A stretch of 64,000 nucleotides of DNA from Candidatus Rokuibacteriota bacterium (GTDB lineage Bacteria > Methylomirabilota > Methylomirabilia > Rokubacteriales > CSP1-6). The stretch covers positions 43,394 to 107,393 of the forward strand of contig QHSX01000047.1 of the NCBI GenBank assembly GCA_003221695.1, given 5' to 3'. A program made the translations under genes and the position numbers. Of the stretch, positions 18,605 through 26,572 are shown piece by piece; position 1 is the first letter of the stretch; the number at the start of each line of letters is the position of its first letter. The notes below the pieces were generated by a model. It worked only from the letters and a program-made list of their open reading frames with translations. It had not been told where the DNA came from and did no database searches.

Positions 18605-19795
18605 GTGACACGGGCCGCTTTGCTCGCCGTTCCCGCGCTGGTTCTGCCCGCGCTGGTTCTCTCGCTCGCCGTCGTGCTGGCGGTCGCGCGGCCGCATCCC
18701 GACTGGCTGGCCGCTGCCGTGCGCGGCGCGCCGCTGGTGGTCTTCGTGGGTGGCGCGGCGCTCGGGCTCTTCCTCCGGCGGGGCCGGCTCGTCCTCGGCC
18801 TCGTCGTCCTCGCCATGGCCGACCGCGCGCTCGTCCACCTCGGCGGTCGCGCCGTCTTCGACGCGGTGGCGCTGCTGCTACCGCTGAATCTCGGCGCCCT
18901 GGTCTGGCTCGGCGAGGCGAGCCTGCTCACCGCGCCCGGCGGGGCGCGGCTCGGCGTCCTCCTTCTTCAGGCCGGCGCCGTTCTCCTCTTCCAGCGTCCC
19001 GACGTTGGCGCCCTGGTCGTATCGCTCGAGCGACCACTCGTCGCCACACACCTGGGCGCATGGACGGCCCTCCCACAGCTCGCCCTCGTGGCGTTCGTCG
19101 TGGCGCTGTGCCTGATCCTGGCCCGGTTCCTCACGGACCGCCGCCCGCTGAGCGCCGGAGCGGCGTGGGCGCTGGTGGCGTCGTTCCTCGCGCTCGACGG
19201 CGCCAGTGTCAGCGGGCTGGCGAACCTCTACTTCGTCGCCGCCGGGCTGCTGCTCGTCGTCGGCGCGGCGTGGCAGGACCCGCGGATCATCGGCCTCGAC
19301 GACGTGACCGGCCTTCCCACGAGCTTCGCCCTCAACAAGGCGCTCCTGCGGCTGCCGCGCCGCTACGCGTTGGCGCGCGTCGAAATCGATGAGTTCGCGA
19401 GGTTCCGTGAGTACCACGGTGCCGAGGCCGCCCGCCGCATGCTGCGGCTCATCGCCGAGGCGCTGACGAAGGTCAGCGGACATGGGGGTGCGTTCTACTG
19501 CGGGGCGTACACGTTCGCCGTCGTCTTCCGGCGCATGTCGGCGGAGCTGGCTTCCCAGCATCTCGACAGCGTCCGCCGCGCCGTCGAGGCGGCGACCCTC
19601 GACGTGCGGGTGCCCCAGCGGGCTCCGGGCCAGCCAGGGCGGGTGGGCAGCGTCGTGCGGACGGTCTCGGTGACGATCAGCATCGGCGTCGCCCAGCCCC
19701 CGGGCCGCCACGCCGATCCCCACGGAGTCTTGCGAGCCGCCGATCTCGCGCTCGACCGCGCCAAGCAGGCTGGCCAGAATCGCGTCTCCGCGTAG
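18605..19795 (+). CDS. polytopic membrane protein with degenerate GGDEF (diguanylate-cyclase-like) domain
   Basis: The GTG at 18605 has AGGAGG 9 nt upstream. About 7 hydrophobic segments precede a GGDEF-fold region (DDVTGLPTSF...EIDEFARFREYHG...) in which the GGDEF signature reads GAYTF. Confidence 0.7.
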   Translation: MTRAALLAVPALVLPALVLSLAVVLAVARPHPDWLAAAVRGAPLVVFVGGAALGLFLRRGRLVLGLVVLAMADRALVHLGGRAVFDAVALLLPLNLGALVWLGEASLLTAPGGARLGVLLLQAGAVLLFQRPDVGALVVSLERPLVATHLGAWTALPQLALVAFVVALCLILARFLTDRRPLSAGAAWALVASFLALDGASVSGLANLYFVAAGLLLVVGAAWQDPRIIGLDDVTGLPTSFALNKALLRLPRRYALARVEIDEFARFREYHGAEAARRMLRLIAEALTKVSGHGGAFYCGAYTFAVVFRRMSAELASQHLDSVRRAVEAATLDVRVPQRAPGQPGRVGSVVRTVSVTISIGVAQPPGRHADPHGVLRAADLALDRAKQAGQNRVSA

Positions 19796-19826
19796 CAGGG
19801 CCCTCCGCTGAACCGGTTGCGCGCTA

Positions 19827-20030
19827 TCAACACGAAGGTTTGAGGCGATGCCGTTTCTCGCGCTCGTGCTGCAGCCGGCTCAGTGTTTGATCGGGGCTTT
19901 CGCCCCGCAGGAGGTGCGTCGTGAATCGCGTGGAGAGCGCGACGAGGCGAACGAATCCCACAGCGAAGACCATGGCCCCAAGCATCAAGGCGACGGGAAT
20001 CCGGAGAAGGGCACGGTCTAACGCCCACAT
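19827..20030 (-). CDS. possible small membrane protein (67 aa)
   Basis: One hydrophobic segment (IPVALMLGAMVFAVGFVRLVAL). It starts 15 nt downstream of the zinc-ribbon gene stop. There is no Shine-Dalgarno sequence, so support is weak. Confidence 0.3.
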   Translation of the reverse strand: MWALDRALLRIPVALMLGAMVFAVGFVRLVALSTRFTTHLLRGESPDQTLSRLQHEREKRHRLKPSC

Positions 20031-20045
20031 CGGGATTGGAGGGAG

Positions 20046-20294
20046 TCAGCGGACCAGGCGCATTCCGCCGCAGTCTGCATGCCCGAAGGTCGGCCGGGGT
20101 TTCTCAAAGGCGCTCACCTCCTGTGGGCCGTGCACCACCGAGCCACACGCGCCACACTTTCTCCCGGAACGCTCCCAGCTCTCGTAGCAGCCCACGCAGA
20201 TCGCGACCCCTCTCGCGTCCCTCACCCGGAGAACCTGCCTGCTCGCCACTCGATGATCGCAGAACACACACGTGGTTTTCCCCCAGCCAAACAT
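20046..20294 (-). CDS. Cys-rich zinc-ribbon mini-protein (82 aa)
   Basis: The ATG at 20294 has AAGGAGG 7 nt upstream. Three CxxC pairs (CVFC, CVGC, CGAC) plus HADC. Confidence 0.6.
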   Translation of the reverse strand: MFGWGKTTCVFCDHRVASRQVLRVRDARGVAICVGCYESWERSGRKCGACGSVVHGPQEVSAFEKPRPTFGHADCGGMRLVR

Positions 20295-20537
20295 CGTGAC
20301 CTCCTTGGTTCCAGGCTTGGGTATCCAGGCAGCAACGGGAGTGCCAACACGGGAGCGTGATGACCGGTTGCCCAATTCCCAGGATCATCAGCGCCAAGGG
20401 ACGGCTGATTATCCGGAAAACACGAAAAACTCCCGGTCTGCGTGTGACCCCGGATACCGGCACCGTGCAAGAGCGGACTTCGAGTGCGCAAGCTCTTTCA
20501 TAGGCGCGACCCGAAGAGCGAGCCTGGCGACCGGCCG

Positions 20538-23500
20538 TTACCGCGAGCCGTCGCGCAGGTAGTTGCCCCGGCCCGTCCCCCAGAGGATCCGCGCGTTCGC
20601 AGAATTCGGGAGATCGAAGGCGGCGACGCCACTCTGCATCGTTCCCACGACCAGCTGGAAATCTGGGCCCCCGTCGAGGTGGGCGATGGTCGGGGCGGCG
20701 AGAGATCCGTTGATGGTGTTACCGATCGCGGGCGCGGGAAGGTTGACCCGAAAGAGCTCGACGCCAAGATAGTTGAGGATGTGAAGCTGCCCGACGCCAC
20801 CCGGGTTGTTCTTGGGCCAGGAGGTAAAGATGACCTCGGCGTGGCCGTCGTTATCGAGGTCGACCACGATCGGCTCGCTCGCAAAGCGGAAGTCATCCCC
20901 GGGGGCGCCCGTCGTCGGGATCCGATAGGGCCAATTCCCGTGCTCGGTCTTGTCGAGCCAGTAGGCGTGGACCCTGCCGTCGTAGGAGGGATAGATGATC
21001 TCCATGAGGCCGTCGCCATCGAGATCGGCGACCACCGGGTTGGGGACGACGGTCTCGATGACATTGTAATCCTGGGAGCGCGGTGCGCTGCCGGGAGTGG
21101 GCGTCGGGAGCACCGTCCAGTCGAAGCCGCTGCCGCTCCAGCGCGTGCGATCGAGGTTGAAGATGAATGGCATGTGATAGAGGGTGGTGTACGAACCGGC
21201 GCAGTTGTAGATGCTGCCGACGACGATCAGCTCGGGGATGCCGTCGCCGTTGACATCGGCGATGACGGGGGCGCTGTCCTGAAAGTTGGGGCGGTGGTCG
21301 ACACCGCAGTTGGCGTACCCCCGAAGGTCCACAGCGTTGTCGAGGAACACGCCCACCTCACTCCAGAACTGACGGGGGGCGTAGACGCTGTTCACCGTGA
21401 GCTGGTTCCCGTTTTGGTCGAGGCCGGCGATGTAATGCCCGGTGGTGGCGCCGAAGATCTCCTTGAGACCGTCACCGTTCATGTCGGCCACGGCGACGTT
21501 CTGGTTGTACATGCTCGAGCTGAAGCCCGGCTCGCCGGCGTGGACCGCTGGCCAGCCCGGACGCATGGCGCCGTTGGGCTCGAACACGGCGAGCTGGGGC
21601 GGCGTCCCTCCGCCGGCGTCGCCCACGATGATCTCGAGCTGACCGTCGTTGTCGAGATCGGCCACCGCGAGGGTGCGGAGCTCATCGCCGGGGAAGGGGT
21701 TCCGTGTCCAGAGGACGTTGCCGAAGCGGTCGTAGACGGTGAGGTCCTGGCGGGCGACGACCACCTCGAGCGTCCCGTTACCCGTCAGGTCAGCCACGAC
21801 GACGCCGGGCCAGACGCGGTTGGGATTGCCGCTCGGGGCGCGCCACTTGAGGCTGCCGTCGGCGCCATTCAATGCCACGACGTCGTACGCGCCCCAGATC
21901 ACATCCGGGTTGCCGTCGCCGTCGAGGTCCGCGACTGCGGGGGAAGAGTACCAGCCCGTCTGACAGTACGGGCCCGACAAGCAGCCTCCGTACTGCCACC
22001 TGAGGACGGGCCGGCTCACGCCGACGCTGGTAACGCGGAGAGTGAGCGTGGTCGTCCGCGTCAGGCCGCTCGCGTTCCCGGTGATGGTGACGGTGACCGT
22101 GCCGGTGGTGGCCGTGGGGCTGGCCGCCAGCGTCAGCGTGCTCGTCGTCGTCGTGGGATTCGGGCTGAAGGACGCGGTGACGCCGCTCGGCAGACTGGAG
22201 GTGGACAGGTTCACGCTGCCGGTGAAGCCGTTCTGCGGCGAGACGGTGATCGTGCTCGTGCCGTTGCTCCCCTGGGTGACGGTCACGCTGCTCGGCGAGG
22301 CCGAGAGGGTGTAGTCCGGCGCGACCTGGGCATTCACGGTGAGGGTGAGCGCGGTCGTCTTCGGCGGCAGGGTGCCCGAGGTGCCCGTGATGGTGACGGT
22401 GACCGTGCCCGTGGTAGCCGTGGGGTTGGCCGTCAGCGTCAGCGTGCTCGTCGTCGTCGTGGGGTTCGGGCTGAAGGCCGCGGTGACGCCGATCGGCAGC
22501 CCGGAGGCAGACAGGGTGACGCCGCCGGTGAAGCCGTTCTGCGGCGAGACGGTGATCGTGCTCGTGCCGGTGCTCCCCTGGGTGACGGTCACGCTACTCG
22601 GCGAGGCCGACAGGGTGTAGTCCGGCGCGGCGGCCACCGTGAGGCTGAGCGTGGTCGTCCGCGTCAGGCTGCCCGAGAACCCCGTGATGGTCAGGGTGAC
22701 CGTGCCCGTGGCCGCGGTGCTGCTGGCCGCGAGCGTGAGCGTGCTCGTCGTCGTCGTGGGGTTCGGGTTAAAGGCCACGGTGACGCCGCTCGGCAGAATG
22801 GACGTAGACAGGTTCACACTGCCGGTGAAGCCGTTCAGCGGCGAGACGGTGATCGTGCTCGTGCCGGTGCTCCCCTGGGTGACGGTCACGCTACTCGGCG
22901 AGGCCGAGAGGGTGTAGTCCGGCGCGGCCTGGGCATTCACGGTGAGGCTGAGCGTGGTGGTCTTCGGCGGCAGGGTGCCCGAGGTGCCCGTGAGGGTGAC
23001 GGTGACCGTGCCCGTGGTAGCCGTGGGGTTGGCCGTCAGCGTCAGCGTGCTCGTCGTCGTCGTGGGGTTCGGGCTGAAGGCCGCGGTGACGCCGCTTGGC
23101 AACCCGGAGGCGGACAGGGTCACGCTGCCGGTGAAGCCGTTCAGCGGCGAGACGGTGATCGTGCTCGAGCCGGTGCTCCCCTGGGTGACGGTCACGCTAC
23201 TGGGCGAGGCGGACAGGGTGTAGGTCGGCGCGGGGGCCCCGCTAGTGTTGATCAGCACCGAGACGCTGTTGGAATGAAAGTTGGCCACCGCCAGGTCCAG
23301 CTTGCCATCGCGATTGAAGTCGCCGACGACCACGGACTCAGGATTGGTGCCCACGGTGAAGGGTAGCGCTGGCTGAAAGGTCCCATCGCCGTTACCCAGC
23401 AGAACCACGACATTGCCGAGATCACCAACGCTGGGGTTGCCATAGTTGGCCACCGCCAGGTCCAGCCTGCCATCGCCATTGATGTCGGCAACGGCAGCGG

Positions 23501-24371
23501 AGAGAGGGCTGCTGCCGACCGCGAAGGACCGTGGCGCCTGGAAGGTCCCATCGCCGTTGCCGAGCAGCACCGAGACGTCGTTGGACCAAGCGTTGGTCAC
23601 CGCGAGATCCAGGATCCCGTCGGCGTTGAACTGGCCGACGGCCACGAAGGAGGGGAGAGTGCCGGCAGGGAAGTACACCGCTGGCCGGAAGGTTCCATCG
23701 CCGTTACCCAGCAGCACCGAGATGTTGTTGTTGCCATAGTTGGCCACCGCCAGGTCGGGCAGCCCATCGCGATTGAAATCGCCCACGGCGGGGGAAATGG
23801 GATTCGTGCCAGAAGGGAAGGTCCGGGCCGGCTGGAAGGTCCCGTCACCGTTGCCCAGCAGCACCGAGACGTCGCCGGAATTCCAGTTGGCCGCCGCCAG
23901 GTCCAGCTTGCCATCGCCATTGAAGTCGCCCACGGTCACGGAAGTCGGGAGAGACCCTACAGCGAAGGTCCGCCCCGCCGGGAAGGTCCCATCGCCATTG
24001 CCCAGCAGCACCGAGATGTTGTTGGCATTGATGTTGGGCACCGCCAGGTCTTGGACCCGACTGCCATTGAAGCCGCCCACGACGACCCACACGGGATTAA
24101 TGCCAACCGGGAAGAACTGTGCCGCCCGGAAGGTCCCATCGCCGTTGCCGAGCAGCACCGCGACGTTGTTGGAACCTTCGTTGGCCACCACCAGATCGGG
24201 CACCCCATCGCCATTGAAGTCGCCCACGGCGACGGTTATCGAATCACTGCCGACCGGAAAATCTCTCTTGGCGAACGATAGCGTCTGGGCCGGCGCGGGA
24301 GTCGGAAACAGTGACCAGAACACCAGCGTTGCCGCGACAACCAACGCTAGCCTCGCCGAGGTTCTGGTCAT
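20538..24371 (-). CDS. large secreted FG-GAP/VCBS-repeat protein: seven-blade propeller, four Ig-like repeats, second FG-GAP region
   Basis: Signal peptide MTRTSARLALVVAATLVFWSLFPTPAPAQ. Seven repeats of about 50 aa follow the pattern VGDFNGDG..DLAVAN......VLLGNGDGTF. Four repeats of about 100 aa start APDYTLSASPSSVTVTQGSTG. At least eight further D.(D/N)GDG...E(I/V) motifs follow. The track ORF starts at the GTG at 24380; an ATG lies at 24371. Confidence 0.9.
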   Translation of the reverse strand: MTRTSARLALVVAATLVFWSLFPTPAPAQTLSFAKRDFPVGSDSITVAVGDFNGDGVPDLVVANEGSNNVAVLLGNGDGTFRAAQFFPVGINPVWVVVGGFNGSRVQDLAVPNINANNISVLLGNGDGTFPAGRTFAVGSLPTSVTVGDFNGDGKLDLAAANWNSGDVSVLLGNGDGTFQPARTFPSGTNPISPAVGDFNRDGLPDLAVANYGNNNISVLLGNGDGTFRPAVYFPAGTLPSFVAVGQFNADGILDLAVTNAWSNDVSVLLGNGDGTFQAPRSFAVGSSPLSAAVADINGDGRLDLAVANYGNPSVGDLGNVVVLLGNGDGTFQPALPFTVGTNPESVVVGDFNRDGKLDLAVANFHSNSVSVLINTSGAPAPTYTLSASPSSVTVTQGSTGSSTITVSPLNGFTGSVTLSASGLPSGVTAAFSPNPTTTTSTLTLTANPTATTGTVTVTLTGTSGTLPPKTTTLSLTVNAQAAPDYTLSASPSSVTVTQGSTGTSTITVSPLNGFTGSVNLSTSILPSGVTVAFNPNPTTTTSTLTLAASSTAATGTVTLTITGFSGSLTRTTTLSLTVAAAPDYTLSASPSSVTVTQGSTGTSTITVSPQNGFTGGVTLSASGLPIGVTAAFSPNPTTTTSTLTLTANPTATTGTVTVTITGTSGTLPPKTTALTLTVNAQVAPDYTLSASPSSVTVTQGSNGTSTITVSPQNGFTGSVNLSTSSLPSGVTASFSPNPTTTTSTLTLAASPTATTGTVTVTITGNASGLTRTTTLTLRVTSVGVSRPVLRWQYGGCLSGPYCQTGWYSSPAVADLDGDGNPDVIWGAYDVVALNGADGSLKWRAPSGNPNRVWPGVVVADLTGNGTLEVVVARQDLTVYDRFGNVLWTRNPFPGDELRTLAVADLDNDGQLEIIVGDAGGGTPPQLAVFEPNGAMRPGWPAVHAGEPGFSSSMYNQNVAVADMNGDGLKEIFGATTGHYIAGLDQNGNQLTVNSVYAPRQFWSEVGVFLDNAVDLRGYANCGVDHRPNFQDSAPVIADVNGDGIPELIVVGSIYNCAGSYTTLYHMPFIFNLDRTRWSGSGFDWTVLPTPTPGSAPRSQDYNVIETVVPNPVVADLDGDGLMEIIYPSYDGRVHAYWLDKTEHGNWPYRIPTTGAPGDDFRFASEPIVVDLDNDGHAEVIFTSWPKNNPGGVGQLHILNYLGVELFRVNLPAPAIGNTINGSLAAPTIAHLDGGPDFQLVVGTMQSGVAAFDLPNSANARILWGTGRGNYLRDGSR
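22030..23235 (-). repeat. four tandem in-frame repeats of about 300 bp (ABAB arrangement) inside the FG-GAP gene
   Basis: The antisense track ORFs at 22042, 22339, 22639 and 22942 are near-copies of each other. By eye, 22339..22620 and 22942..23223 are nearly identical at nucleotide level. Units 1 and 3, and units 2 and 4, pair by protein sequence. Confidence 0.9.
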
Positions 24372-24564
24372 ATCGGGCACGTCTCGCCCGACGCCAACGG
24401 TAGTCTCGAAATCCCGAAGAGGGTATTGGCTGAATGCCGGGATCGGATTGGGGAAAGTACCTGAAACGGGACGAGGGCAGCCCCCAAGGGACTACCCTGG
24501 GGCGGTAAGCGTCGAGAATTACGAGGTGGATCGGGTTGAGGATCCGGAAGGCACCCGCCCGGCG

Positions 24565-24864
24565 CTACCCGCGCCGTCTGATCTCGTCGATCTTCCGGTC
24601 ACGCTCGCCAACCAGCCGCTCGAGGTCGCGCCGCATCTCCTCCTTGAGCTTCTCGACCTCCTCGGGGCTGCGCGCCTTGACGAGCGCGTCCCGGTGAAGG
24701 ATCTCGCGCTCAGCGACCTTGGCCTGGTAGACCTTTCGCACTTCGGCGAGGCCGGCTTTCTGCGCATCCGTGAGCGGACGTTCCTCGACCGAGGACTCCC
24801 GGTCTTTCTGGCGCAGGCGCTCCATCGCGAGCTCGTACGCCGTCTTCGGGCCGTCGCCGGACAT
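24565..24864 (-). CDS. small charged coiled-coil hypothetical protein
   Basis: MSGDGPKTAYELAMERLRQKDRE...EEVEKLKEEMRRDLERL. It is coherent charged-helical sequence. The track ORF has 6 extra N-terminal codons. Confidence 0.55.
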   Translation of the reverse strand: MSGDGPKTAYELAMERLRQKDRESSVEERPLTDAQKAGLAEVRKVYQAKVAEREILHRDALVKARSPEEVEKLKEEMRRDLERLVGERDRKIDEIRRRG

Positions 24865-24909
24865 CGCGAGCCAGTATAGCACCGGCCTCGCGCGGGAGAG
24901 CGTGGCCCG

Positions 24910-25290
24910 CTACATCCCGCCGCCGACGGCACCACCGCGGGCCCAATCGAATGAGAGCACCTGTACGCGGTAGCTCGTGGCGTCGGGCACCGACACGCCA
25001 AAGTAGGCGCGGCCATCCATGGCAATGCTGCCAAGCACCCACACCGTCGAGCTCCCAACCACCTTGCCCGAGGTGTCGAGGCGCTCGATCTGAAGGCGCA
25101 TGTGTTCAACGCTCCGCGGCCCATTGTTGTAGACATAACCCTCGATGGCCGGCCCCTTCCGGCCGCGCGTCACCTCCCACTCGAGCCGGAAGTAGCGCTC
25201 GAGGGTCTGGGGGGCATAGAGCTGCGCCGACACCCCGGTCGCCCCTGTGAGGAGCGCCGCCGCTATGAGCACCGCGATTCGTCGCTGCAT
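24910..25290 (-). CDS. secreted hypothetical protein (126 aa)
   Basis: Clear signal peptide MQRRIAVLIAAALLTGATGVSAQ followed by beta-rich sequence. Confidence 0.65.
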   Translation of the reverse strand: MQRRIAVLIAAALLTGATGVSAQLYAPQTLERYFRLEWEVTRGRKGPAIEGYVYNNGPRSVEHMRLQIERLDTSGKVVGSSTVWVLGSIAMDGRAYFGVSVPDATSYRVQVLSFDWARGGAVGGGM

Positions 25291-25426
25291 CGCCGTTCCT
25301 CCCCCTATACATTAAGAAGTCACAACCCACGGTTGCGGTTCCCGATGATCTTTATTGATTTCGCCCGCGCCCGGCCGTATTCATGGACTCCTCGGTGAGT
25401 ACGGCTTCGCAGGCGCCAAGGATATT

Positions 25427-26551
25427 ATGGGTTCGGTGATCGCCGCCGCCGGAGCGCTCTGGATCGCCGTGATCATGTGGGACGCCTTCGAGGCGATCGT
25501 CCTGCCCCGGCGCGTGACCCGGCGGTTGCGGCCGGCCCGGATGTTCTACCGCGTGACGTGGCGGGTGTGGTCGGCGGTGGTGCTCCGGATGCGTCCGGGC
25601 GGCCGGCGCGAGACCTTCCTCAGCTTCTACGGCCCGCTCTCGTTGCTCGTGCTGCTCGCCGCCTGGGCCGCCAGCCTCGTGACCGCCTTCGCGATGGTGC
25701 AGGCGGGGATCGGCACGCGCCTGAACGTGGAGGGCGACGGCGTCTTCCTCGATCACCTGTACATGAGCGGTGAGACGTTCTTCACCCTCGGTCTCGGCGA
25801 CGTGACGCCGATGTCCCGCGTGGGCCGCGCGGTGACGGTGATCGAGGCGGGCGTGGGTTTCGGCTTCCTGGCCCTCGTGATCGGGTATCTGCCGGTCCTG
25901 TACCAGTCGTTCTCGCGGCGCGAGCTGAACATCACGCTGCTCGACGCACGCGCGGGGTCCCCGCCGAGCGCCGAGGAGCTGCTGCGCGGCTTCGGCGCCG
26001 ACCACGAGGAGCTGACGGAGCTGCTCGCGGAGTGGGAACGCTGGAGCGCCGAGGTGCTCGAGTCGCATCTGTCCTATCCCGTGCTGTCCTACTATCGCTC
26101 GCAGCACGACAACCAGTCGTGGCTGGCCGCGCTGACGACCGTGCTCGACGCGAGCGCGCTCGTGATGGTCGGCATCGAAGGCGCGTGCGCGCGCCAGGCG
26201 GGCCTCACGTTCGCGATGGCGCGCCACGCCGTGGTCGATCTCGCCCAGGTGCTCGGCCGGCCGCCCGTCGGCTCGGCGCCGGATCGGCTGCCAGCGTCCG
26301 AGCTTGCTCGTCTCCGCACGGGCCTGGCGGCCGTGGGTGTCGTCCTGCACGCGGGGGAGGGTGCCGAAGACAAGCTCGCCGAGCTCCGGCGGATGTACGA
26401 GCCGTACGTCGTCGCGCTCGCCCGGTACCTCGTGATGCCGTTGCCGGCCTGGCGCGCCGGCGCCGAGCCCCACGAGAATTGGCGGACGAGCGCCTGGGGC
26501 CGCCCACTCGGCGGCGCCCCGAGTCGGTCCGCCGACCCGCACGATGACTGA
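25427..26551 (+). CDS. two-TM ion channel family protein (K+-channel-like pore) with uncharacterised C-terminal domain
   Basis: The ATG at 25427 follows AAGGA. TM1, a pore helix plus filter-like FFTLGLGDVTP, TM2, then about 240 aa of helical sequence with no motif I recognise. Confidence 0.7.
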   Translation: MGSVIAAAGALWIAVIMWDAFEAIVLPRRVTRRLRPARMFYRVTWRVWSAVVLRMRPGGRRETFLSFYGPLSLLVLLAAWAASLVTAFAMVQAGIGTRLNVEGDGVFLDHLYMSGETFFTLGLGDVTPMSRVGRAVTVIEAGVGFGFLALVIGYLPVLYQSFSRRELNITLLDARAGSPPSAEELLRGFGADHEELTELLAEWERWSAEVLESHLSYPVLSYYRSQHDNQSWLAALTTVLDASALVMVGIEGACARQAGLTFAMARHAVVDLAQVLGRPPVGSAPDRLPASELARLRTGLAAVGVVLHAGEGAEDKLAELRRMYEPYVVALARYLVMPLPAWRAGAEPHENWRTSAWGRPLGGAPSRSADPHDD

Positions 26552-26572
26552 GCCCATCAGGAGAACGGACAC

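Noticed and set aside
22030-23235. Regular repeats considered as a possible CRISPR array
   Set aside because: The period is about 300 bp with no short direct repeats or unique spacers. The repeats are in-frame protein domains of a long ORF, and no cas genes are present.
20484-23366. 960-aa plus-strand ORF, plus four similar plus-strand ORFs of about 90 aa at 22042, 22339, 22639 and 22942
   Set aside because: They are antisense to the FG-GAP gene. The repetition only mirrors the repeats of the real gene, and the minus-strand frame has a signal peptide and canonical FG-GAP motifs.
24865-24900. TATACT hexamer 10 nt upstream of the ATG at 24864, considered as a -10 box for a near-leaderless transcript
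   Set aside because: There is no convincing -35 element, and the gene lies only 45 nt downstream of the previous same-strand gene, so co-transcription is equally likely.
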